Virus record (IMG/VR): IMGVR_UViG_3300027708_000016
Source of the DNA: a virus
Lineage: Duplodnaviria; Caudoviricetes
Length of the DNA: 64,000 bases
Direction: 5' to 3' (one strand)
Shown here: positions 50,250 through 57,890 of the stretch, piece by piece
How the letters are laid out: each line of letters starts with the position of its first letter
Position numbering within the stretch: the first letter of the stretch is position 1
Program-made: the position numbers and the translations under genes
Notes under the pieces: model-generated
What the model saw: the letters and a program-made list of their open reading frames with translations, nothing else
Told to the model about the DNA's origin: nothing
The model's database searches: none

Positions 50250-50910
50250 TGTTTAGATTTTTTAGTTGTTCAGATAGTTTGTTGATGATCTTGTTTTCCC
50301 TTTCAGAAGTTCCGTTTATTTCAGTGAGATTTTCTGGATCGGCAGAAAGATAAGCTTGAATCTCATCTTCAATGACTTTAGCAGAGTATCCAATACCAAG
50401 CAAGTGTTTTTTGAATTTATTGTAAAGTTTTTCTGGAAGTTGACTTGTAATCTTATTAGCAGCATTTTTATATGATGGATACAAATAATAAAAAGCATGG
50501 GCAACTTCATGATTTATAGTTGTTTTGTTTCCTGTTTGAGCACCTATGAGATAATACTTCGGTGCATTTGTATCACTATTTGTAATCTTATGATCAATTT
50601 CTTGAATCACATCATCGTATTCATTTATATCTTTAAAACTATCATGATAGCCATAACATTTATCAATGATGTGGCTAGGAACATTAAACCCTGCCCAATC
50701 AGAAGGATAGGTAAAGCAATCTTCACCCCTTCTCATAGTATAAAGTCTTTGAAATTCTGTCATTGAAAAATGCTTTCCTCTGATTTCTTTATATGGAGAT
50801 TCATAGAATTCTTGAACTCTGCAAAATGTCATTGCAAGATCATAAGAATTGTCCATAGTTACCAAGAATATATTGTGGTGAATTTCTTGTAGTTTGTATT
50901 TTACTTTCAT
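50224..50910 (-). CDS. Hypothetical protein with HExxH motif
   Basis: FCRVQEFYES, WAGFN, NHEVAHAFYY. Confidence 0.65.
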   Translation of the reverse strand: MKVKYKLQEIHHNIFLVTMDNSYDLAMTFCRVQEFYESPYKEIRGKHFSMTEFQRLYTMRRGEDCFTYPSDWAGFNVPSHIIDKCYGYHDSFKDINEYDDVIQEIDHKITNSDTNAPKYYLIGAQTGNKTTINHEVAHAFYYLYPSYKNAANKITSQLPEKLYNKFKKHLLGIGYSAKVIEDEIQAYLSADPENLTEINGTSERENKIINKLSEQLKNLNNEYRTRKG

Positions 50911-50936
50911 CTTTTATAAGTATAGAAGTAATTATT

Positions 50937-51377
50937 ATGCTTGTCAATCTTAAAGAACTCAGTATTAAATTAGCCGATAAAATTGCGGAGTTTATAGGAT
51001 CTTGGAGATTTATTATAATTCAATCGACCATACTGACGATATGGTTAATCGTAAATATATTAGGATTGTGTCATTTTGATCCTTATCCCTTTATTCTTCT
51101 GAATCTTTTTCTTTCTTTTGAAGCTGCTTATGCCACGCCTTTAATTCTAATGTCATCCACAAGGCAATCAGAAAAAGATAGAGCGCACCTGTTACATGAT
51201 GTTGAGTTAGATCAAAATGCATACAATCTAATGCTTCAGTTACATGAAGTTTTAATTCAATTAAAAGATGATTTAAGGTTAGATGAGAAAGCACTAGAAG
51301 ATCATAGTAAATTAAAAGATGATCATAGTCAACTCAAAAAAGAGTTAGAAGAGATTAAAAAATTACTTCAGAAATAA
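50937..51377 (+). CDS. DUF1003 family membrane protein
   Basis: GSWRFII, FDPYPFILLNLFLS..AAY..PLILMS..RQ..DR. Confidence 0.88.
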   Translation: MLVNLKELSIKLADKIAEFIGSWRFIIIQSTILTIWLIVNILGLCHFDPYPFILLNLFLSFEAAYATPLILMSSTRQSEKDRAHLLHDVELDQNAYNLMLQLHEVLIQLKDDLRLDEKALEDHSKLKDDHSQLKKELEEIKKLLQK

Positions 51378-51379
51378 AA

Positions 51380-51464
51380 TGGTGGGCAGAGAAGGACTCG
51401 AACCTTCGAACTCCAAGGAGAGGAGATTTACAGTCTCCAGCAATTGCCGCTATGCGATCTACCC
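51380..51464 (-). tRNA. tRNA-Tyr(GTA)
   Basis: GGAGA-CTGTAAA-TCTCC, long variable arm, CCA. Confidence 0.95.
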
Positions 51465-51473
51465 ATTAAAAAG

Positions 51474-51544
51474 CTGCCTCGTAAGGACTTGAACCTTAAC
51501 AAAGAGATTCAAAGTCTCTCGTGCTACCATTACACCACAAGGCA
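51474..51544 (-). tRNA. tRNA-Gln(TTG)
   Basis: AGAGA-CTTTGAA-TCTCT, U1:A72, G73. Confidence 0.93.
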
Positions 51545-51550
51545 ATATTT

Positions 51551-52195
51551 TTAAATTATTCTTTTATCATCATCCAAAGGAATTGGTTCATGCCAAATCC
51601 TATTATCTTCAACTTGATATCCTCTTTCCTTTAAATCTTTGATTGTTTTATCTTTATTATCATCCCAATTAAGAAAAAACAAATCTTTTAGTTTATCTTC
51701 AAACCAATTAATTCTTGGTTTGTTTTTATTGAAATGAACAATATGAGTTGGTGTATAATTCCATGACCATTTAATTTCATACCATTGAAACATTACAAAT
51801 CTTTTAAATCTTTCCCAAGGAGTAGAACTTTTATTTTTAATAAAATAAAGACCATCTTCTGTATATTTTTTATATGTTTTAAAATCAAATGGACGATAAC
51901 TACTATATTTTATATTGTTTAAAACAATCCAAACAGATTTAACTCTATTTTTCCAAGTGTATTCCATACTTGGATTAAGGCGGCAATCTTGTTCAATCGT
52001 ATTTCTAAATACTTTAGAAACATCAGCAACAGTTCTGGTCTCGTTATGCTTTGCAAGATATTCGTTTACATCCACATTATCTTCTTTACAGATTTCAGCG
52101 AGGTAATCTTTCACAGTTGGAATTACCATAGTTTCACCTTGTTTACCAGTTTCAACTGGCAAACTTTTAAATGCACTTGATGTAGAATTGCTCAT
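51551..52195 (-). CDS. Hypothetical protein
   Basis: 214-aa ORF. Confidence 0.6.
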   Translation of the reverse strand: MSNSTSSAFKSLPVETGKQGETMVIPTVKDYLAEICKEDNVDVNEYLAKHNETRTVADVSKVFRNTIEQDCRLNPSMEYTWKNRVKSVWIVLNNIKYSSYRPFDFKTYKKYTEDGLYFIKNKSSTPWERFKRFVMFQWYEIKWSWNYTPTHIVHFNKNKPRINWFEDKLKDLFFLNWDDNKDKTIKDLKERGYQVEDNRIWHEPIPLDDDKRII

Positions 52196-52242
52196 ATCTA
52201 TACTTTAGCACAATTACTAAAGAAAGCAATACAAATTTAATT

Positions 52243-52611
52243 TTAAGCGTTATATGCGACTACACTACCACTAGCTAACTTTATTGCACCAAATGAACCA
52301 TTAATGGTAAAAGATGCGGGAAAGGTTGGAACATTAATTGCACTAACAGTAACACCGTTTGTACCAGTTAAACCTGAAATTGTTGTTGCTGCAATTGTTT
52401 GAATTGCAGCAAAATTACCAGTTACTGTATTTGTTGTTGCTATTACTGTAATTCCATTACTACCTAAAGAGTTTACCTTGTATATTGCCTGTGCAAATAA
52501 TGGTCTATTTAAATCATTGTTAACATCAACCCAAGAATAATTTTGAGCCGCATTTGGGTTTGGGATTTGCGTAACACCAGAAACAGTTGGATAGTATGTA
52601 GAATAATTCAT
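52243..52611 (-). CDS. Putative virion surface beta-sandwich protein
   Basis: Thr/Val-rich beta pattern ending GSFGAIKLASGSVVAY; TAAATA upstream. Confidence 0.5.
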   Translation of the reverse strand: MNYSTYYPTVSGVTQIPNPNAAQNYSWVDVNNDLNRPLFAQAIYKVNSLGSNGITVIATTNTVTGNFAAIQTIAATTISGLTGTNGVTVSAINVPTFPASFTINGSFGAIKLASGSVVAYNA

Positions 52612-52629
52612 ATATAATATTTACTATAT

Positions 52630-53352
52630 TTAGGCTTTTTTGTTTTTATTTAACCACTGAGTAGTTAAGAATTGACCAGTTGGGGTTGTTTTATTTGTTA
52701 AAGGTGTACTTAACTTTGGTTGTCTTGTTGCCTTATCTGTTCCCATAACCTGATGCCAGTTACGATCCTTAAACATATACTGTTTTACGGGTTTAGTGTT
52801 TGTTGAATATGTTGCATTGTTTGGTATACCACCATTCATTTTTTCTAATGTTGAAGCAGCAGCTTCATCTGAAGGTGCGTACTCTTCTTTTTCCTCTGTA
52901 CTTGGTTCAGTATCCGTTGTTAATGGTGTAGTTTCCTTTGGTACTTCGGATGTGGGAGGCTTTGTAATTGGTTCTGGTGCCTCTGTTTCTGTTGGTTCAA
53001 TACCTACCTTTGTGGCAATAAAATCACCAAGCGACTTTGTTAAAGTAGCGGTATCTTCATCTGTTGCTTTATAATCTTTTCCAAGAACGCCCAATGATAC
53101 AAGATCGTTTAATGCATTTTTAACTATTGATTTGATAATATTTTCCCTTTTACCTTGTTTATAAACATCTGATGCACTTATTTCATTACCCTTGCCACCA
53201 CTAAGAGCACTATTTAATCCCTTTCCGTATTGTTTTGATGCATCATATGCTGCTTTTACTCTTGCACCAGTTTGACGAAAAATCCCTTCTTCAAGTGGTT
53301 TATTGTAAACTTGTGAATATGCTTCTGATATAGATGTAAACTTTTCGCTCAT
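52630..53352 (-). CDS. Hypothetical protein, putative internal head protein
   Basis: FTSISEAYSQVYNKPLEE leader; Pro/Thr/Glu linker; TAAGTA upstream. Confidence 0.6.
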   Translation of the reverse strand: MSEKFTSISEAYSQVYNKPLEEGIFRQTGARVKAAYDASKQYGKGLNSALSGGKGNEISASDVYKQGKRENIIKSIVKNALNDLVSLGVLGKDYKATDEDTATLTKSLGDFIATKVGIEPTETEAPEPITKPPTSEVPKETTPLTTDTEPSTEEKEEYAPSDEAAASTLEKMNGGIPNNATYSTNTKPVKQYMFKDRNWHQVMGTDKATRQPKLSTPLTNKTTPTGQFLTTQWLNKNKKA

Positions 53353-53395
53353 ATAGAATATACTTATTCAGTATATTAACATTTTCAAAGTAAAA

Positions 53396-53426
53396 TGGCT
53401 GTCGAGGTAGGATTCGAACCTACAAC
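53396..53426 (-). pseudogene. Orphan tRNA 3' fragment (T-arm + acceptor 3' strand + CCA)
   Basis: GTT-GTAGG-TTCGAAT-CCTAC-CTCGACA-G-CCA with no 5' half nearby. Confidence 0.8.
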
Positions 53427-53471
53427 AAAAAAATATTTTATTTTATGTATTATTTTCGAGTAAATATTATT

Positions 53472-53987
53472 ATGAAAAAATGTTTAACTTGTCAAAAAAC
53501 TCTCATAGGAAAATATAAAAAGAAATTCTGTAACGCTTCATGTGCTGCAAAGACAAATAATAAAATACCTAAAAGAAAAAAAGAAGGTGATTTAAAATTT
53601 TGTTTAAATTGTAATAAAGAATTTTATATAAGTCCTAGCAAAGGTAAAGGAAAATATTGTAGCATTAATTGTATGCATGAACATTATAATAAAGAATTTG
53701 ATAATGAAATAGAAAATCTTTTTAATTTAGGTAAACTAAAATATAGAGATAAAATAAAAAGAATTCTTTTAAAAAAAAACGGACATAAATGTTTATCGTG
53801 TGGATTAACTGAATGGAATAATCAACCAATACCTTTATGGGTTGATCATATTGATGGATGTGCAAATAATAATAATCCAGAAAATCTAAGACTTGTTTGT
53901 TTAAATTGTGATGCTCTATCTAAAACTTTTGGTGGTAAAAATAGAGGCAACGGAAGAAGATCTTTAGGACTTAGACCTTGGGATTAA
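53472..53987 (+). CDS. HNH homing endonuclease with zinc-ribbon repeats
   Basis: CLTC/FCNASC, CLSCG, LWVDHIDG..NN..ENLRLVCLNC. Confidence 0.9.
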   Translation: MKKCLTCQKTLIGKYKKKFCNASCAAKTNNKIPKRKKEGDLKFCLNCNKEFYISPSKGKGKYCSINCMHEHYNKEFDNEIENLFNLGKLKYRDKIKRILLKKNGHKCLSCGLTEWNNQPIPLWVDHIDGCANNNNPENLRLVCLNCDALSKTFGGKNRGNGRRSLGLRPWD

Positions 53988-53992
53988 AAAAG

Positions 53993-54066
53993 CTCCACTG
54001 GCTAGAGTCGAACTAGCATGATGAACAAATTAACAGTTTGCTGGCTTACCATTAGCCCACAGTGGA
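53993..54066 (-). tRNA. tRNA-Asn(GTT)
   Basis: TCCACTG...CAGTGGAG; GCAAA-CTGTTAA-TTTGT. Confidence 0.92.
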
Positions 54067-54073
54067 ATAAAAT

Positions 54074-54148
54074 TGGTCGAGCACCCCAGTTACGCTCCGG
54101 GTATATCAAAGTCCCAAACTTTGCGGATTACTATCTTCCTCGTGCTCG
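54074..54148 (-). tRNA. tRNA-Pro(TGG), non-canonical T-loop
   Basis: CAAAG-TTTGGGA-CTTTG; T-loop AGCGTAA; CCA. Confidence 0.85.
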
Positions 54149-54163
54149 TACATATTAATTATC

Positions 54164-54430
54164 TCAACCGCCAGCTATTGCTGGAACTATTGAAATTACA
54201 TCCTCATCTTTAATCTCCTGTGTATCTAAAAATCTCATATCCTCATCGTTTACAAAAATATTAATGAATCTACGAACCTCATTATTTTCGTCGTAGATTC
54301 TTTCCTTTAGATCTGGATATGACAAGCAAAGAAGTACCAAACATTCATCAAGAGTTTTTCCGAAACTTTTGATCTCTTCACTTCCACCTACTAATTTTCT
54401 CAAAGGTGTTGGGATTCGTATAATTGCCAT
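54164..54430 (-). CDS. Ubiquitin-like MoaD/ThiS/CysO-family protein
   Basis: IPTPLRKL.GG, RRFINIFVNDED, C-terminal IVPAIAGG. Confidence 0.92.
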   Translation of the reverse strand: MAIIRIPTPLRKLVGGSEEIKSFGKTLDECLVLLCLSYPDLKERIYDENNEVRRFINIFVNDEDMRFLDTQEIKDEDVISIVPAIAGG

Positions 54431-54481
54431 TTATATATCTTATGGAAAACTTAAAATTAATCAAGTAAAAAATAAAAAAAT

Positions 54482-54565
54482 CGGGTGACTGAGGTATCGA
54501 TCCCCATGCCTTTCAGCACCGCTAGTTTTCAAGACTAGGTTTAACGCCAGTTAAATTAATCACCC
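54482..54565 (-). tRNA. tRNA-Ser(TGA)
   Basis: CTAGT-CTTGAAA-ACTAG, long variable arm, G73. Confidence 0.88.
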
Positions 54566-54572
54566 TAAAAAA

Positions 54573-54650
54573 TGGAGCGTCAGACAGGATTTGCACCTGT
54601 GGCTTTAGAGTTTTGCAGACTCTTCCTTTGGGCTTCTCAGGCACTGACGC
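54573..54650 (-). tRNA. tRNA-Cys(GCA)
   Basis: AGAGT-CTGCAAA-ACTCT, U73, CCA. Confidence 0.9.
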
Positions 54651-54659
54651 ATTAAAATT

Positions 54660-54748
54660 TGGAAGGAGCGGTGGGATTCAAACCCACGGAACCTTTTGGG
54701 TTCTTCCGATTAGTAATCGGATACTTTAAATCACTCAGTCACGCTCCC
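54660..54748 (-). tRNA. tRNA-Ser(ACT)
   Basis: TCCGA-TTACTAA-TCGGA, long variable arm GAACC/GGTTC, CCA. Confidence 0.85.
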
Positions 54749-54793
54749 ACTTTTAATAACTTATCACATTTGGAATATTTGTAAAGAAAAGAA

Positions 54794-55003
54794 ACGTGGT
54801 ATTCAGAGATTTTATTGCGCAATTCGTTCTCTTATCAACTGATCCCCAACGTGGAACGTTAAGTTTCGGTCTAGCTAGATATTTTTCAAATCAGATGTGT
54901 CAACACTCTCGTAGCTTCGTTCTACATCCTAGATAAAACTTCTAATCACCAATCTAGCAACTCGGTTTTACCTTATTCTGGTAATGTGCTACCTACCAGA
55001 CGT
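54794..55003 (-). ncRNA. Candidate ~210-nt structured RNA of unknown family
   Basis: ORF-free; promoter-like TTTACA-16-TAAGAT upstream, U-rich tail; several hairpins and pairing ends. Confidence 0.45.
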
Positions 55004-55041
55004 ATTAATATCTTATCGAAAATATTATCAATGTAAAGAAA

Positions 55042-55644
55042 TTAATTTACAATATTATCAGCAAATGCTAATTCACCTAAAAAAGTTACTGAAATATTAT
55101 AAGAATTGTTTAGTATAAGACTTTGATCAGGATAAAGAATCGTATTATCTGCTGGTGTAGCATAATCACCCTCTACAACTCCATTAGATATATAAATGTA
55201 TGGAATTGATCCATCACCATATGGTATGGAAAGAGCATCTGAATAATCAGAAAATCCAGTAGAATTTTTTACAATTTCTCCAAGAGTTACATGGGGTCTT
55301 ATGCTTATAGAAATAGTCAGTCCTTGCTGACTAATTGGAATATTTGAAACCGTTATAATTTTATTTGAATAAGATACTATATCGAATATAGAACCATCGG
55401 ATAATTCCACATAATAAGGTTGGGATATATCCATTGTAATTTGACTATTGATAGTAATGGTAGAACCATTAACTAATCCATTGCCAATGTATATCGGTTG
55501 GTTTATAAAGGGAGAATTAATAAAATTAACGCCACCTTCCATATGAATAGTATTATAACCAAGTATTGGTGTATATGCAGTTGATGTTTGAGCATTAGCA
55601 TTTAAAACTAACAATAACAATACTAAAAAATATTTCATTCTCAT
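55042..55644 (-). CDS. Secreted beta-rich protein resembling verrucomicrobial TIGR02597-type surface proteins
   Basis: Signal peptide; AYTPILGYNTI...SPFINQP; YYVEL; IRPHVTLGEI; ILYPDQSLI. Confidence 0.5.
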   Translation of the reverse strand: MRMKYFLVLLLLVLNANAQTSTAYTPILGYNTIHMEGGVNFINSPFINQPIYIGNGLVNGSTITINSQITMDISQPYYVELSDGSIFDIVSYSNKIITVSNIPISQQGLTISISIRPHVTLGEIVKNSTGFSDYSDALSIPYGDGSIPYIYISNGVVEGDYATPADNTILYPDQSLILNNSYNISVTFLGELAFADNIVN

Positions 55645-55694
55645 TAGACAATATTAACACTATTAATGCTCATTAAATTACTAAATATTAAAGA

Positions 55695-56627
55695 GTGAAA
55701 GATAAAGATACAAATTTAATAGCCGAAGCATATTCAAAAATTGAGGTTATTTCTGAACAAAGAGATTCTCAATTTTGGTATAAGTGGCTTGAAAATTATA
55801 GAAATCCTAGTGGATATAATGATTATAAACATTACACTAAAAATGCTGATAACAGCATTAAAATTAATGGTTCTGTTGATTTAAGTGAAATGGGAATCAC
55901 TTCTTTATCGGAAATACCTTTTAAAATTAAAGAAGTTAACGGTAACTTTATAGTAAGAGGTAACAATTTAACTTCTTTGGAAGGTTGCCCAGAAATAGTT
56001 ACTTTTAGATTTGATTGTTCTGAAAACAATTTGAGCAGTTTAGAGGGTTCACCGAAATTTGTAATTGAGCAACAATATACTTCTTTTAATGAATATAATT
56101 GTAGCAAAAATATAAATTTAACATCATTGAAAGGAATGCCTTCTTCTGTAGGGGGTGAAATAAATGCTGATAAGTGTAATCTATTATCTTTAGAAGGAAT
56201 GCCCGATTATTGTGGGTGTTTAAAAATTAATAGTAATAGACATTTACAATCATTAGTAGGCGCACCTCAAAAAGTAAAATTATATATTGATTGTTCAGAG
56301 TGTGATCTTATAAATTTAATAGGGTGTCCACAGGAAGTTAGAATTATATTTTGTTCTCTTAATAAAAATTTAATATCATTAGAAGGTGCGCCCAAAAAAC
56401 TAAAATCAATATCAAAAGACGAAACTCAATTTCATTGTTTTGGCTGTGATAAGTTAAAATCTTTAGAATTCTTACCAGAAGCAGACAAGTATAACTTAGG
56501 CTTTGAATTGGAAAAACAATTAGAAGAAATAAAAAAACAAAGAAAAATTGATAAAATGGCTGGTGAAATATCAGATGATCCAAATGATGTATTTGTTAAA
56601 ACATTTAAAGATTTCAGTAAGTTTTAA
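55695..56627 (+). CDS. LRR-like repeat protein (LxSLEGxP repeats)
   Basis: LTSLEGCP, LSSLEGSP, LTSLKGMP, LLSLEGMP, LQSLVGAP, LISLEGAP; leader NLIAEAYSKI. Confidence 0.8.
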   Translation: MKDKDTNLIAEAYSKIEVISEQRDSQFWYKWLENYRNPSGYNDYKHYTKNADNSIKINGSVDLSEMGITSLSEIPFKIKEVNGNFIVRGNNLTSLEGCPEIVTFRFDCSENNLSSLEGSPKFVIEQQYTSFNEYNCSKNINLTSLKGMPSSVGGEINADKCNLLSLEGMPDYCGCLKINSNRHLQSLVGAPQKVKLYIDCSECDLINLIGCPQEVRIIFCSLNKNLISLEGAPKKLKSISKDETQFHCFGCDKLKSLEFLPEADKYNLGFELEKQLEEIKKQRKIDKMAGEISDDPNDVFVKTFKDFSKF

Positions 56628-56643
56628 GGTATAAGTATAAAAT

Positions 56644-57420
56644 ATGGCAAGAGACCCAAAAGATATTTTAAAAAGTTACAAATATAAAGTCGATAAAGAT
56701 GGTATTATTATCTATGGTGACTTTATGTTTAATGGAAACGGTTGGGGTGGAACTTTGCCTTTTAAAATTAAAGCTGTTCAAGAAACCGATAACGAATATG
56801 GTAATTTAAGATTGGTTTATGCGAGTAATTTCACAAATTGCCCCAAAGAAATTGATGGCGATTTGTTACTCGATCAATGTGTAATAAAAAGCTTTAAAGG
56901 TTGTCCTGTGCCTAAAATGGATTATGGTATTGGTACTAATTCACATTTGGATAATTTTATTGGTATGCCAACCAAAATAAGTGGATCTATATTTGCGTAT
57001 CACACAACAATAACGTCTCTTCAGGGTTCACCAAAAGAAGTTGGTGGATCGTTTTTAGTTGGAAATACTAAGATTACTAGCTTGGTTGGGGGACCAGAAA
57101 TGGTAGGATTTTCGGGAATTGAAAACAACCCTAAAGGTGACGGAATTATCTATGACATATCAAATTGTCATGGTTTAACTTCATTTGAAGGAGCACCAAA
57201 ACAAATTAATGGTACTTTCTGTTTTGACAATTGTAAAGGTATTAAGTCATTAGCTGGAATACCAGAAGCAAAAAATTATAGTTACAAGAATACAAACTTT
57301 ACAGAAGAAGACTTCAAACAATTTACAGAAGTTGAAAAATCAGCAAAAGAACTTGCAAGTTCTGGTACAGAAAATGCAGAAGCGTTTGCTGACGTATTTA
57401 GAGACTTTAATAACTTCTAA
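56644..57420 (+). CDS. LRR-like repeat protein (paralog)
   Basis: IKSFKGCP, ITSLQGSP, ITSLVGGP, LTSFEGAP, IKSLAGIP; C-terminal DVFRDFNNF similar to paralog. Confidence 0.8.
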   Translation: MARDPKDILKSYKYKVDKDGIIIYGDFMFNGNGWGGTLPFKIKAVQETDNEYGNLRLVYASNFTNCPKEIDGDLLLDQCVIKSFKGCPVPKMDYGIGTNSHLDNFIGMPTKISGSIFAYHTTITSLQGSPKEVGGSFLVGNTKITSLVGGPEMVGFSGIENNPKGDGIIYDISNCHGLTSFEGAPKQINGTFCFDNCKGIKSLAGIPEAKNYSYKNTNFTEEDFKQFTEVEKSAKELASSGTENAEAFADVFRDFNNF

Positions 57421-57421
57421 A

Positions 57422-57883
57422 TTATCTGCACCAAAAATAAAGGTGGTGCATTACGCTCATTGGGGTCTTTGCACCTCTGACGCAACCTAATAAGAAATCT
57501 TCTGTTTCCTGATTTATTGCTTCTTGATTAGCATAATTCTCAATATAACTCTTGAGATTTGCTAAATTTACATCCAAATATTTTCTTGGGCTTGGGTTAT
57601 CAATATCTAAATTGAATTTCTTTTCGATTTGATCAACGAGGTCTCTAACCACAGTTTTGTTTACCTTTGAATGATTTGTCATAGGTATACTTTTAGCTGG
57701 TTCAAATTCCTTCGGTGCTTCGCTGGTAGCGAGAGCATTTTCAAAAATCTGATCAAACATATTATCTTCTTTTATTAATCTTTTATACTTTGTCTTTCTT
57801 AAAAGATTTCTTTCCTTTAAGGTAAGATTCTTACCAAAGTAATAATGTTCTGTTGCTAATTTTTTAATTTCTTTTTCTTTCAT
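57422..57883 (-). CDS. Hypothetical protein
   Basis: Follows MoxR gene in operon; start uncertain (57883 or 57760). Confidence 0.55.
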   Translation of the reverse strand: MKEKEIKKLATEHYYFGKNLTLKERNLLRKTKYKRLIKEDNMFDQIFENALATSEAPKEFEPAKSIPMTNHSKVNKTVVRDLVDQIEKKFNLDIDNPSPRKYLDVNLANLKSYIENYANQEAINQETEDFLLGCVRGAKTPMSVMHHLYFWCR

Positions 57884-57890
57884 AAAATTA

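Noticed and set aside
54794-55003. Hammerhead ribozyme or RNase P RNA
   Set aside because: CUGAUUUG does not match CUGANGA despite a GAAAC downstream, and RNase P conserved regions (GAGGAAAGUCC etc.) are absent.
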